64,000 bases of DNA from an uncultured Clostridia bacterium. GTDB taxonomy: Bacteria > Bacillota > Clostridia > Peptostreptococcales > Anaerovoracaceae. The translations under genes and the position numbers were made by a program. Each line of letters begins with the position of its first letter. Position 1 is the stretch's first letter. A model generated the notes under the pieces. It saw only the letters and a program-made list of their open reading frames with translations, was not told where the DNA came from and ran no database searches. This document shows, piece by piece, positions 9,059 through 19,448 of this stretch. The stretch is taken from NCBI GenBank assembly GCA_934277695.1, contig CAKQVG010000003.1:109496-173495 (forward strand), written 5' to 3'.

Positions 9059-9631
9059 CTAATCGGCTGTGCTGTTTTCGGTTTCTTCTTCCTCTTCGCC
9101 CATCGCAATCATATCCCCAAGGGATACAATGTACTCATCAAGCGGATAGTTCATGCACTCCGAAAAATCGTATTCATATTTGTTTGTATTTCCGTCAATG
9201 CCCTCAACACGGGAAGTCACAATCGCATCTCTCAGCGGCATCCTCGTTTCTTCCATCGTACCAAGATTCGTGCAATATGCCTCGCTGTCGATGGAATACC
9301 AGCGCCGGAATCTTTCAAGTTCTTCAATGAGTTTTGCTTCCAGATTCTCATCATCACTGCAGTTTCTGCACATCCCCACAAGGGCCCTTCTGACGTTTTC
9401 GAATATGGTAAAGACCTCCGTCTGGCTTCCCGGAACGAATCCGGATATTTCCTCAAAATAATTGTCGCAAAGCTGTGCAAGCACATCCTTATTCACTCCG
9501 TTAAAAAGCTCCGCAACATCCGTATAGTCGAGTTCCTCTTCGCATTCCAGATAATCCGCCAGATTTTCGAAATATTCAAATTCCTCCGGACTTTCGATAT
9601 CAAGAAGCGCATATAATTCTCTTTTGTTCAA
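9059..9631 (-). CDS. Hypothetical, strongly acidic cytoplasmic protein
   Basis: A 190-aa ORF co-directional with murI, starting 12 nt after it. It has a poly-Glu C-terminus. I recognise no family. Confidence 0.6.
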   Translation of the reverse strand: MNKRELYALLDIESPEEFEYFENLADYLECEEELDYTDVAELFNGVNKDVLAQLCDNYFEEISGFVPGSQTEVFTIFENVRRALVGMCRNCSDDENLEAKLIEELERFRRWYSIDSEAYCTNLGTMEETRMPLRDAIVTSRVEGIDGNTNKYEYDFSECMNYPLDEYIVSLGDMIAMGEEEEETENSTAD

Positions 9632-9643
9632 AATGTATCTCCT

Positions 9644-10456
9644 TTATAAATCAAGATTTTTAAATTTCAAAATGAGATCCGACTTCTCGGTCTCCAATAT
9701 TTTCTGTATCATATTTACGAAATTCTCCGAAAGGTCGCTCGCATAGAAGACATTCTCCCGATCATTCTCCTCCGCAAGAAGGTCCTCGTTTTCGAGAATC
9801 TGCTTGATTCTTGCGATAATTTCGTACGACGGATTGACAATCTTAAGCGAAGGATAAAGGTGCATGATGTTTTTTCGGATAATCGGATAATGCGTGCAGC
9901 CCAAAACCAGCGTGTCGATTTTGTTTTCGCTGAGAAAATCGTCAAGATAATACTTAATCGTAAGATCCATGATTTCATTGTCGATGATGCCTTCTTCGAT
10001 CAACGGAACAAATGCAGGTGCCGCCTTGCTGAAAACATGAAGGTTCGGGTTCAGTTTCTTAATTTCGCGGTTATAGTCGTCGCTGGCAATCGTAACCTTG
10101 GTTGCGATAACTCCGATTCGGTTGTTTTCATCACATGTTCTCGCAATCTTTCCAGCCGCCGGATTGATGATTCCGACAATCGGAATATCCGGGAAACGCT
10201 TCTGCAGATCGTAAAGGCAGGTCGCAGTAATCGTATTGCAGGCAATTACCATCATTTTCACATCTTTTGTATATAAGAAATCAGCAATCTGATTGGCATA
10301 ATGCTTGATCGTGCTTACGGCTTTCGATCCGTACGGCGTTCTTGCGGTATCCCCGAAGTAAATCACATGCTCGTTCGGTATCTGCGAAAAAAGATTCGGA
10401 ATGCACGTAAGGCCGCCCAGCCCCGAGTCAAAAAAACCTATTGCTCTGTTGTCCAT
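9644..10456 (-). CDS. murI: Glutamate racemase
   Basis: A 270-aa ORF with GFFDSGLGGLT, ACNT and GCTHYP motifs. Confidence 0.93.
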   Translation of the reverse strand: MDNRAIGFFDSGLGGLTCIPNLFSQIPNEHVIYFGDTARTPYGSKAVSTIKHYANQIADFLYTKDVKMMVIACNTITATCLYDLQKRFPDIPIVGIINPAAGKIARTCDENNRIGVIATKVTIASDDYNREIKKLNPNLHVFSKAAPAFVPLIEEGIIDNEIMDLTIKYYLDDFLSENKIDTLVLGCTHYPIIRKNIMHLYPSLKIVNPSYEIIARIKQILENEDLLAEENDRENVFYASDLSENFVNMIQKILETEKSDLILKFKNLDL

Positions 10457-10549
10457 TTAGGGTTATATTCCTTTCCGTTTTATGGTATACTATTTAATTA
10501 TAGTATTATACACCAAAAATAATTCTTTCGCTATATAAGGAGGACAAAA

Positions 10550-12349
10550 ATGTCTGATAAATTATGCAAGCAGCGCAGTGAAATTGATCAAAAGTTTAAA
10601 TGGGACATCGAGGCGATGTACCCCGACGAATCCCTGTGGGAAAAAGACCTTGAGGAATGCATGCAGGAAGCATCTGATTTCAGCCGTTTCAGGGGAAAAA
10701 TCACGGAGTCGGCTCATACACTCTATGATGCTCTCGAAGCAAAAGACCGTATTTTCCGCAAGCTGGAACATGCTTTTGTTTATGCTGCAATGAAAAAAGA
10801 CGAGGATAACCGCGTAACGAAATATCAGTCCATGGATGATAAATGCGGCAGTGCAATCGCAAAGATTTCCGCTTCGCTTTCGTTCTTTGCTCCTGAACTT
10901 CTTGAAGCCGAGCCGGAAACGATACAGAAATATATTGCAGAGAATCCGAAGCTTGAGCTCTATCGTTTTGCCTTGGAAGACGCTCTCCGCGAAAAGGAGC
11001 ATGTGCTTTCCACGGCAGAAGAAAACATTCTCGCACAGCTCAGTGAAGTAACGGGTGCATCCGGAGACATCTTTAAGATGCTCAACAATGCGGATTTGAC
11101 CTTCGGAACAGTGGTTGACGAAGACGGAGATACGGTAAACCTTACGCACGGCAACTACATTACTTTTATGGAAAGCCATGACAGAGAAGTCCGCAAATCT
11201 GCATTTTCCAACATGTACGAGGCATATAAGGCATTGATTAACACGATTGCGACAGCCTATAACTACAATGTAAAAGACGATGTCGTTACGGCAAGAATTC
11301 GCAAATACGCTTCCGCTCGTCAGGCTGCCCTTTCTTCCGGAAACATTCCCGAAGAGGTTTACGACAACTTAATCTCCGTTGTCCACGAATACCTTCCGGT
11401 GCTCCACCGCTATACAGTGCTTCGCAAGAAAGTTCTCGGCGTGGAGGATCTCAAGATGTACGATATTTACGTGCCTCTTGTTAAGCTTCCGAAGAGGGAT
11501 ATCCCTTATGAAGAGGCTCTTTCGATGATGCAGGAAGGACTTTCCCCTCTCGGCTCCGAATATCTCGCGCAGGTTGAGAAAGGAACCAAGGAAGGCTGGA
11601 TTGATGTCTACGAAAATCAAGGCAAGACAAGCGGTGCTTACAGTTTCGGTTCTTACGACAGCAAGCCGTACATTCTGCTCAACTACACGAACACGCTGAA
11701 GGATGTTTTCACGATTGTTCACGAGATGGGACACTCCATGCATTCTTTCTATACACGCAAAACACAGCCTTTCGCATACGGTGATCACTCAATTTTCACG
11801 GCGGAAGTTGCTTCCACGGTAAACGAATCACTCCTCATGCAGCACCTTCTGCAGAAGGAAACCGATCCGGAAATGCGTAAATATCTCGTTAACTACTATA
11901 TTGAAGAATTCCGCACCACCCTTTTCCGTCAGACAATGTTTGCCGAATTCGAAATGCTCACGCACAAAGAAGTGGAAAACGGCGGAGTTCTCACCGCGGA
12001 ATGGCTTTGCGAGATTTACGATAAGCTCAACAAAGATTACTTCGGCCCTGCCCTCGCAGAAGACGAATACATCAAGTACGAATGGGCGAGAATCCCGCAT
12101 TTTTACAGAAGTTTTTACGTTTATCAGTATGCAACGGGATATTCTGCTGCCACAGCGATTTCAAAACGTATCCTTACCGAAGGAGAAAAAGCCCGCACAG
12201 ACTATATCGAATTCCTCAAGAGCGGTTCGTCCGACTATCCGGTTGAACTTCTCAAGATTGCAGGTGTTGACATGTCAAGTCCGGCTCCGATTCGCGCGGC
12301 AATGGAAACCTTCCAATCACTTGTTGAAGAACTTGAAACCCTTTTGTAA
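10550..12349 (+). CDS. pepF: Oligoendopeptidase F (M3B metallopeptidase)
   Basis: A 599-aa ORF with the HEMGH zinc motif and an AGGAGG RBS. Confidence 0.93.
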   Translation: MSDKLCKQRSEIDQKFKWDIEAMYPDESLWEKDLEECMQEASDFSRFRGKITESAHTLYDALEAKDRIFRKLEHAFVYAAMKKDEDNRVTKYQSMDDKCGSAIAKISASLSFFAPELLEAEPETIQKYIAENPKLELYRFALEDALREKEHVLSTAEENILAQLSEVTGASGDIFKMLNNADLTFGTVVDEDGDTVNLTHGNYITFMESHDREVRKSAFSNMYEAYKALINTIATAYNYNVKDDVVTARIRKYASARQAALSSGNIPEEVYDNLISVVHEYLPVLHRYTVLRKKVLGVEDLKMYDIYVPLVKLPKRDIPYEEALSMMQEGLSPLGSEYLAQVEKGTKEGWIDVYENQGKTSGAYSFGSYDSKPYILLNYTNTLKDVFTIVHEMGHSMHSFYTRKTQPFAYGDHSIFTAEVASTVNESLLMQHLLQKETDPEMRKYLVNYYIEEFRTTLFRQTMFAEFEMLTHKEVENGGVLTAEWLCEIYDKLNKDYFGPALAEDEYIKYEWARIPHFYRSFYVYQYATGYSAATAISKRILTEGEKARTDYIEFLKSGSSDYPVELLKIAGVDMSSPAPIRAAMETFQSLVEELETLL

Positions 12350-12364
12350 ATCACGGAGAGGATT

Positions 12365-13168
12365 ATGGAAAACAAAAAAGTATTCATACATGCAAACGAC
12401 ACCGAAATGAGCAAGCGGATTGAAACGCTTCTCAGAGAAAAACTCGTAAAATCGGGACTCAGACCTTTCGATGAAATTCTGGAAGATACCGAACTCATCA
12501 TATGCATAGGCGGCGACGGCACTCTGCTCCGCTGCCTGCGTACATATAACTTCCCTACCATTCCGGTTGTCGGAATCAACACGGGACATCTTGGATTTTT
12601 CCAGGAAGTCCTTCCCGAAAAGATTGATGATTTCATATTTCAATACAATCAGGGCAAGTTCACGGTTGCTTCCTACAGCACGGTTCGTGCCAAGGTGGAA
12701 ACTCCTGACGGAATCTTCCGGCATATCGCTCTCAACGAAATCGCAATCAAAGGTGTTCCGACCTACCCTGCCCAGCTGAACATTTCCATCAATGACTCGT
12801 TCATAGAACGCTTCAGTGGGGATGGAATCTGCGTTTCCACGCCTGCAGGAAGCACCGCATACAATTATTCGCTCGGCGGAGGCATCGTCGACCCGCGTCT
12901 GAATCTCCTTCAGCTTGCACCGATTGCACCGATTAATACCGTCGCTTATCGCTCGTTTACTTCGAGCCTGCTGCTTCCTGCCAACGATAAACTGTCCATC
13001 ATACCGTGTGATGACGATCACAGAACGCTCAGCATCGTGGCGGACGGCTATGCGGTTGATTACGAACACATTCTCAAAATTGAGCTTTCCCTTTCCCGCA
13101 AAAAAGTCAACCTGATTCGTTTCGAATACAGCAACTTCTGGGAAAAAGCGAAGTCAAAATTCTTATAG
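12365..13168 (+). CDS. nadK: NAD kinase
   Basis: A 267-aa ORF with GGDGTLL and STPAGSTAYNxSxGG motifs. Confidence 0.92.
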   Translation: MENKKVFIHANDTEMSKRIETLLREKLVKSGLRPFDEILEDTELIICIGGDGTLLRCLRTYNFPTIPVVGINTGHLGFFQEVLPEKIDDFIFQYNQGKFTVASYSTVRAKVETPDGIFRHIALNEIAIKGVPTYPAQLNISINDSFIERFSGDGICVSTPAGSTAYNYSLGGGIVDPRLNLLQLAPIAPINTVAYRSFTSSLLLPANDKLSIIPCDDDHRTLSIVADGYAVDYEHILKIELSLSRKKVNLIRFEYSNFWEKAKSKFL

Positions 13169-13180
13169 AAAAGGTACCTT

Positions 13181-14182
13181 ATGTCAGAGTTTAAATATAT
13201 TGTAACCGCGGAAGATGTGAAAAGAAACCTTTCGGTAAAGCAGCTTGTCCGCAGCAATTTCACATTTTCCTCCCGCCTCATGACCAAACTCAAGCAGAAT
13301 CATCTTGTGTTACTGAACGGCGGCGATGTGCAGTGGTGGATAGCTCCCTCCGAGGGAGATGTCATCAGCATCCTGCTTCCCGAAGAAAAAAGCGATTTCC
13401 CGCCTGAGGATATCCCGATTTCGGCAGTCTATGAGGATGATGACCTCCTTGTGATAAACAAACAGCCCGGCGTTGTCGTCCACCCGACCAAAGGCAAGCC
13501 CTGTCATACGATTGCAAACGGTCTTATGAAAAAAATGCTTGATGAGGGTAAGAGCTATAAAATACGGTTTGTAAACCGCCTGGATATGAACACATCCGGG
13601 CTTCTTATCGTTGCAAAAAACAGCCACGCACAGGACAGTCTCACCAAACAGATGAATGCCGAGGCACGCGGCCTGCATAAGAAATATAAGGCGATTGTAG
13701 TTGGCGAAATGCCTGAGGACAGCGGCACGATTGATCTGCCGCTTGGCAGACCCGATGAAAATGAAGTGGAACGCTGGGTGCTGCCTGTCGAAAAAGGCGG
13801 CTATCCGTCCGTTACACATTACAAGGTTCTTGACCGTTTCGGCAGTTATTCCTTAGTCGAGCTGGAACTTGAAACGGGCCGCACGCACCAGATTCGCGTC
13901 CACCTTTCCTACATCGGTTATCCGATTTTAGGCGACCACCTGTACTGTCACGGCGACCCGTTTGAATATCGCAGAATCCACGGGGATCCGCGTGATGATG
14001 AAGATTACAATCCGGAATGCGGGCAAGGCGGTAAGGAAATCGTTTCCGGCCTCATTGACCGTCAGGCTCTGCACGCTTTTTCGCTCACTTTAAGACACCC
14101 TGTCAGCGGTAAAGAACTTCACCTTGAAGCACCGTTGCCTGCGGATATGCAGACGGTGATTGAAAGGCTGAAAAAAAACTAG
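13181..14182 (+). CDS. RluA/RluD-family 23S rRNA pseudouridine synthase
   Basis: A 333-aa ORF with an S4-like N-terminus plus HRLDMNTSGLL and HQIRVHL motifs. Confidence 0.88.
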   Translation: MSEFKYIVTAEDVKRNLSVKQLVRSNFTFSSRLMTKLKQNHLVLLNGGDVQWWIAPSEGDVISILLPEEKSDFPPEDIPISAVYEDDDLLVINKQPGVVVHPTKGKPCHTIANGLMKKMLDEGKSYKIRFVNRLDMNTSGLLIVAKNSHAQDSLTKQMNAEARGLHKKYKAIVVGEMPEDSGTIDLPLGRPDENEVERWVLPVEKGGYPSVTHYKVLDRFGSYSLVELELETGRTHQIRVHLSYIGYPILGDHLYCHGDPFEYRRIHGDPRDDEDYNPECGQGGKEIVSGLIDRQALHAFSLTLRHPVSGKELHLEAPLPADMQTVIERLKKN

Positions 14183-15378
14183 TAATCCTTACATAACAAA
14201 AAATCAGCTAAATGCATAATCTTGACCCCGTTGACATTTCCTGCGGCCATTTCGTCCATCGTTACCACATATTTCGGATAATGGTCTTTAATCTCAAGCA
14301 GATTGGCAATTTCACGATCGGAGTCCGCCGGCAGATTGCGGCACACCTGCACATAGATTCGCTCGTCACGCTGCACTGCTACGAAGTCAATTTCTTTATT
14401 CATATTTTTGCCGATATACACTTCATAGCCTTTCCGCCTGAGTTCGAAGTACACGAGGTTTTCCAGCATCGCCGCAACGGATTTGGGGTTAAAGCCCAAA
14501 ATACAGTATTTGAGGGATGAATCGGCAAGATAAAATTTCTCCTGCGTCTTGAGAACCGTTTTTCCCTGCATATCGTATCGCCGGCAGCGGTAGATTATAA
14601 ATGCTTTTTCCAGCCATTCCAGATAGTTGTACACGGACTCCACAGAAAGCGAACGCCCCTCGCTTTTCATAAATTTCACGATGGCATTTGCTGAAAAAGT
14701 TTTGCCTACATTCTCGACGACATACTTTACAACGCGATTGAACAAATCAAAGTTCGTAATATTGTGCCGCTTTGTGATATCTCCGGTAATAACGGAGCTG
14801 TAAATTCCCTCGACGATTTGATAAGCGGAGCGCTCATCAAAATTGCCAAGTGCGACAATCGGAAATCCACCTGTACGGATATATTCGTTCAAAAGTTCTT
14901 TTGCGGTATGTCCGCTTTCTTTTTTAAACTCCAAATATTCAGCAAAGGACAAGGTATAAACCGGAATGGAAATATAACGTCCCGTCAGATACGTGGATAT
15001 CTCACTGGACATCAGCTTGGAATTTGAACCTGTCACATAGATGTCAGTATTTGCATCCTCCAGCAAGCTATTGACTGCTTTTTCCCAACCGCTGACTTCC
15101 TGAACCTCATCCAGCAGAAGATAGTATCGTTCATTGTCCGTCATCTTCTCCTTGATATCACGGTACATCTGCTTCGCGCTCATATCATCATCCAGTTCTT
15201 CCGATGTATAACGCATATAGATGACATGATCTTCAGAAATACCGCTGCTAATCAGTTCAAACTTGAGCATATCCAAAATTGTTGATTTGCCACAGCGGCG
15301 AATCCCGGCGAGAATCTTCACAAGAGGAACATCCCGATAAGTTTTAAGTATATCTAAATAGTAAGGTCTGACAATCAT
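14179..15378 (-). CDS. AAA ATPase of the AAA_14/DUF4143 type
   Basis: A 399-aa ORF with Walker A GIRRCGKST. The domain order is typical of the DUF4143 ATPase family. It converges on the pseudouridine synthase gene and overlaps it by 4 nt. Confidence 0.8.
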   Translation of the reverse strand: MIVRPYYLDILKTYRDVPLVKILAGIRRCGKSTILDMLKFELISSGISEDHVIYMRYTSEELDDDMSAKQMYRDIKEKMTDNERYYLLLDEVQEVSGWEKAVNSLLEDANTDIYVTGSNSKLMSSEISTYLTGRYISIPVYTLSFAEYLEFKKESGHTAKELLNEYIRTGGFPIVALGNFDERSAYQIVEGIYSSVITGDITKRHNITNFDLFNRVVKYVVENVGKTFSANAIVKFMKSEGRSLSVESVYNYLEWLEKAFIIYRCRRYDMQGKTVLKTQEKFYLADSSLKYCILGFNPKSVAAMLENLVYFELRRKGYEVYIGKNMNKEIDFVAVQRDERIYVQVCRNLPADSDREIANLLEIKDHYPKYVVTMDEMAAGNVNGVKIMHLADFLLCKDY

Positions 15379-15471
15379 AGTAACACCTCCTTGTTATTTA
15401 GTATAATCAAAAACTTCTTAAATTTCAATGGTTTTTTCTTAAATTCCGTAAAAACAATTGAATTTTTAATA

Positions 15472-17010
15472 TTATTTCACGATTTTAGTTAAAAACTTCT
15501 GCACGCGCTCTCCGTCCGTATCGGATGGATATACCTTATTTCCGCGTTTCATATACGCATCCGAGCCGCCTGCCAGCACAAGCACGCAGTTTTCCATTCC
15601 TTCTGCCTTCTTAAGAGCCGTATAGACAGCAGTATCACGGTCTGTGATAATCTCCGCCTTTTCCTTATGGTCGATATAGCTGAGAATTTCGCCACAAATC
15701 TTATTAATATCTTCCATTCCCGGGTCAAGCTCTGTAATTACCACGAAATCCGCGTATTTCTCGGCGATTTCTCCGGCTTCCTTTCTGCGGTTGAATGCCT
15801 TGCCGCCGACGCAGCCGAACACAAATCCGACCTTGCGGTCAGGATACTGCTTCTTTACATAATCAAACAGCACCTGATAACTCATTTTATTATGCGCATA
15901 GTCCACGATAACATCTACGGAATCCTTAAGGCGATAGGTTTCCATTCTGCCCATTACCTTGACCGTTTCCAGTCCTTCGCGTATTATTTCCGTCGGCACG
16001 CCAAGCGATGCGGTCACCGCGATTGCAGCAAGCGCGTTATAAGCATTGTAAGCGCCGCCGATATTTACCGTAAACTCCTCTGTCTTGCCGAAAAGCTCAG
16101 CCTTCAGCAGAAGCCATCCCTGTTTTTCGTCCACAGAAATGCCGTAAACATCCGGCTTTCTGCCTCCCACCTTCTTCATGCCGAAGGTAACCGTTTTTTC
16201 ACAGTTTTGCTCGGCGAATGCCAGCGTCCGCTCCATATATACAGGGTCCATGTCCAGATTTACGCAGCCGATTCGGCTCTGCTCGAATATCTTCAGCTTT
16301 GATGTGAAATAGTCCTCCATGTCCTTATGCTCGGCATCCGAGATATGGTCTCTCGATATGTTCGTAAAAGCACATGCTTCATAATTCAGGTCGAGAGTCC
16401 GATCGTATTTCAGCGCCTGCGAAGAAACTTCCATCGCAAGATACTCACAGCCGTTCTTTACGCAGTTATCCAGTATTCTGTGAAGTTCAATCGTTTCGGG
16501 GGTCGTAAGCTTGTACGCCTTCTTCTTGTGGCAGCCGTCATAGGTATAGATGCCCGAAGAAAAACCGATTTCCCTGCCGCAATGGATGTCGAGGATAGCT
16601 TTAATCATGCTTGTCGTTGTTGACTTTCCTTTCGTCCCCGTAACACCAATCAATTTCATCTTGTCCCAGCTCCGGTCAAAAAAGAAAGCGGAAATCTTTG
16701 AAATGGCTCTCCGCATGTTGTTTACAACAATATACGGGATTGCTGCAAGCTCAGCATCCGCTTTGCAGGCCTCGTGAACCTTTGAACCCGTCTCACACAC
16801 AAATGCAGCGGCTCCTTTTGTGAGTGCGTCTTTCAGATATTCTTCCTTAAACCCCGCACCTTTGCAGATAAAAAGCGTTCCCTCGCCCGCTTCCAGCGAA
16901 TTGTAGGTAATATCCTTAATCGGTATATCAAAATCGGCAGAGTCGGAATTGTCGCCGGCGAGAAGTTCCGACTCCGCAAGCATATTCAAAAAATCAGTTA
17001 ACTTTTTCAT
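15472..17010 (-). CDS. murE: Mur ligase, MurE-like (UDP-MurNAc-L-Ala-D-Glu:diamino acid ligase)
   Basis: A 512-aa ORF with the GVTGTKGKSTT P-loop and a MurE-like N-terminal domain (ITYNSLEAGEGTLFICKGA). Confidence 0.78.
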   Translation of the reverse strand: MKKLTDFLNMLAESELLAGDNSDSADFDIPIKDITYNSLEAGEGTLFICKGAGFKEEYLKDALTKGAAAFVCETGSKVHEACKADAELAAIPYIVVNNMRRAISKISAFFFDRSWDKMKLIGVTGTKGKSTTTSMIKAILDIHCGREIGFSSGIYTYDGCHKKKAYKLTTPETIELHRILDNCVKNGCEYLAMEVSSQALKYDRTLDLNYEACAFTNISRDHISDAEHKDMEDYFTSKLKIFEQSRIGCVNLDMDPVYMERTLAFAEQNCEKTVTFGMKKVGGRKPDVYGISVDEKQGWLLLKAELFGKTEEFTVNIGGAYNAYNALAAIAVTASLGVPTEIIREGLETVKVMGRMETYRLKDSVDVIVDYAHNKMSYQVLFDYVKKQYPDRKVGFVFGCVGGKAFNRRKEAGEIAEKYADFVVITELDPGMEDINKICGEILSYIDHKEKAEIITDRDTAVYTALKKAEGMENCVLVLAGGSDAYMKRGNKVYPSDTDGERVQKFLTKIVK

Positions 17011-17064
17011 AAGTATTCTCCTGTTTTATTTATACAATCTGTTTCTATAATATCACAGTCACTG

Positions 17065-18201
17065 CTATTTTTCCATCAGTTCTCGGATAATATTCTCTGC
17101 GGTTTTTCCTACTTCGGTAAAGTTCATGTTCGGAATATACATGTCTTCCACCATCAAGTGCCTTGTTTTGGCATTCTTGAGGCATTTTATTGCTTTCTCG
17201 AGCAAAATATCAAATTCCTCACCCAGGCTTTCGATGAGCGGTGCGTTTTTTTCGATGCTGACGGCATCCATATAGTCACCCAGGTCGATAAGATAAATTT
17301 CGGGCAGTAAGAAAACGGTCTCTTCACCGCTTTCTTCTTCCGTGAAAATTTCCCATGGTTCTATGTCGTGATATTCGTTCACCGTCGTAAATGCAATCTT
17401 GAGTTCCGGAATGATAAGATGGTCGATTTTTTCCTCCGGGCAGACGGAGCAGTAGAACGATTCAACATCAAAACCGCGATAGATTGCTCCCTCTTTTATA
17501 ATCGTCATAAGGCTGCTGTTTGCATAGCCGACCGGTGCGTTAATGATATAGACTTTTTTCATGTTCCGAAAAAGCGTCTCCGGATAAGAAATCACGCCGT
17601 TTGCGGTTATCGCACTCGCAAATCGTTTCCGTTCTCTTCCCGGTCTCAGGGAAATGTCGTATGTGCTGTATTCCCTGTCTACAATATCTGCGGCCGCTTT
17701 GTATATTTCGCTGTATTCAATTGCCTTGTCATATACCCCTTCCAGGCTCCGAAATACGCTTTTGGCGGCATTTAAGTAGTTATACGCAATCTTATACCAC
17801 TCCGAGCATTCCTCGTTTAAATCTATGATTTCTTCCTTATTTGCTTTAATTCCTTCTTCGTTCCAAAACTCCCCTAGGTTTACAATGCGGTCAACCGCAC
17901 CCGGCGTTATCGGGTCTGTCATATGTGGACTCGTTCCGTCTATCAATGCGATGCTTCTGTCTGCCAAAACAACCCCGTCCAGGGAGTTTTCGTCTGCGGA
18001 GCAATGAAGATAATCGATGTTCTCACCCAGTTCTGCGAAGTGCGCACCGATTTTTTTCATAAAGGTTGACTTGCCGCTGCCCGGACCGCCCTTAATGCAT
18101 ATAATCTTCTTTGCCTCTCTCTGTCCCAAAATATACCTATAATACGAAAAAAATCCCAGCGGTGTATTATTACCGGGGAAATAATGTCTTTCAACGGACA
18201 A
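17065..18201 (-). CDS. Uncharacterised P-loop NTPase
   Basis: A 378-aa ORF with Walker A GGPGSGKST. It starts 54 nt downstream of... i.e. is co-directional with and upstream of the murE-like gene. Confidence 0.65.
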   Translation of the reverse strand: MSVERHYFPGNNTPLGFFSYYRYILGQREAKKIICIKGGPGSGKSTFMKKIGAHFAELGENIDYLHCSADENSLDGVVLADRSIALIDGTSPHMTDPITPGAVDRIVNLGEFWNEEGIKANKEEIIDLNEECSEWYKIAYNYLNAAKSVFRSLEGVYDKAIEYSEIYKAAADIVDREYSTYDISLRPGRERKRFASAITANGVISYPETLFRNMKKVYIINAPVGYANSSLMTIIKEGAIYRGFDVESFYCSVCPEEKIDHLIIPELKIAFTTVNEYHDIEPWEIFTEEESGEETVFLLPEIYLIDLGDYMDAVSIEKNAPLIESLGEEFDILLEKAIKCLKNAKTRHLMVEDMYIPNMNFTEVGKTAENIIRELMEK

Positions 18202-18288
18202 AGTATTACCTCCTTCAACACAATTTTGTGCAAGTTATATACCTAACTGCTTTATATTATGCGAAAGAGGTAATTATGTTCTCAATAG

Positions 18289-19179
18289 TTATTCATTCTT
18301 GTCAGCAGGCTCTGTTGGCTCTGTCGGTTCTTCCGGAGTTTCCTGTGGCTGCTGCGGTGCTTGTTCGTACACGGTGTAGGTTGTCTCAACCGTATTGGCC
18401 GTCGGTGCTCCCGGGAAAACAACAACAAGTCTTTCGGTAAGGAGTTCATAGAACGCCGTCTTTGAAACATATATGTATTCATACACGAAAATCGCAGGAA
18501 GTGCTGCAATCAGAGACGCAATAACCGCAAAGAATCCGAAATCCGGAAAGAGCGCAATGATCAATCCTGTAGGAATGGATGCAAGCAGTGCCCAGCCAAT
18601 AAAGGTAAGTTCCAGGTAAAACAATCTTCCTTTGTTGCCCATCATTAAGCGTTTGCTTTCTTCTACGCACTGCGTAACCGAATAGTCCGGGTTGTCAGCA
18701 AGAATATAAAATGCCTGACTGTATCTATAACCGGCTACAATTCCGGGAACAATAAACAGCAGCGTCCAAAGAAAGACTTTAATGCCTATGAGAAGCTGCA
18801 GCAGGAACGCTTTGACAAAAAAGCTGAATCCTTCAAAGTTCAGCGAATAGTCGACCCTCTTTGTTCTGAAGAAAGTAAGCAGAAGCATCGTAAATCCAAG
18901 CGTAAATGCCCCGCCCACAAGGAAATCATATATACTTCCACCATAGTCAACCGATGGGTAATTAATATAGCTGTCGGCAGGGAGTCCGAAGCTTACATAT
19001 ACTTCTCTTGTATCATAACTAAATACATAAGAAAGCACCTGTCCCACTCCGTTTGTCAGCAGATAAAATATCAGTGTAGCTACAAACATCGGCTTCCAAT
19101 ATCCTTTAAGTGCATTTCGTGCGATTTCTCTTATCTTCCAAGCCGGTTCTAAAATAATATGATTATTCATTTTCCCCAA
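18289..19179 (-). CDS. DUF975-like polytopic membrane protein
   Basis: A 296-aa ORF with several TM helices and a Pro/Glu-rich C-terminal tail. Confidence 0.6.
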   Translation of the reverse strand: MGKMNNHIILEPAWKIREIARNALKGYWKPMFVATLIFYLLTNGVGQVLSYVFSYDTREVYVSFGLPADSYINYPSVDYGGSIYDFLVGGAFTLGFTMLLLTFFRTKRVDYSLNFEGFSFFVKAFLLQLLIGIKVFLWTLLFIVPGIVAGYRYSQAFYILADNPDYSVTQCVEESKRLMMGNKGRLFYLELTFIGWALLASIPTGLIIALFPDFGFFAVIASLIAALPAIFVYEYIYVSKTAFYELLTERLVVVFPGAPTANTVETTYTVYEQAPQQPQETPEEPTEPTEPADKNE

Positions 19180-19257
19180 TATCCTCTCTCTTTCAATTTA
19201 CAATATATTATACTCCCTTTTTCTTACAAATTCAATGAATAGTTATAATATTTTCCC

Positions 19258-19286
19258 TTGACAAAAATAGATTTTAGTTATAGTAT
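19258..19286 (+). promoter_or_regulatory. Likely sigmaA promoter for the riboswitch-thiT transcript (TTGACA-17 nt-TAGTAT)
   Basis: TTGACA at 19258-19263 and TAGTAT at 19281-19286, about 10 nt upstream of the riboswitch. Confidence 0.45.
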
Positions 19287-19295
19287 GTCATTATT

Positions 19296-19396
19296 GCTAG
19301 GGGAGCTTTTGCTGAGATTTACCGAAATATGCAGGATGTCCCGCTTTCGGATAAACCCTCATAACCTGACCCGGTTAATGCCGGCGTAGGGAAGCA
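19296..19396 (+). promoter_or_regulatory. TPP (THI-box) riboswitch
   Basis: CTAGGGGAGC...GCTGAGA...AACCCTCATAACCTGACCCGGTTAATGCCGGCGTAGGGAAG matches the conserved THI-element core. It lies directly upstream of a ThiT-like gene. Confidence 0.9.
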
Positions 19397-19448
19397 TCAT
19401 CGTATATGAAACGGTTCCCCTCCCATTATTTTTTGAGGAGGTTTTTTT

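Noticed and set aside
8787-9062. A Gly-rich 91-aa plus-strand ORF (GGFGGGQHGSHGGQHGSGGGQGGGQ) opposite the Cys/Pro-rich gene.
   Set aside because: It is the complement of the CCN/TGY-rich minus-strand frame. It has no RBS or ATG start, and all neighbouring genes are on the minus strand. The minus-strand frame has a GGAGG RBS and a TM helix.
10287-10301. The sigma-54-like sequence TGGCATAATGCTTGA on the plus strand, upstream of pepF.
   Set aside because: The essential -12 GC is replaced (TTGA instead of TTGC). The site lies inside the murI coding region about 250 nt from pepF, and no enhancer-binding protein gene is nearby.
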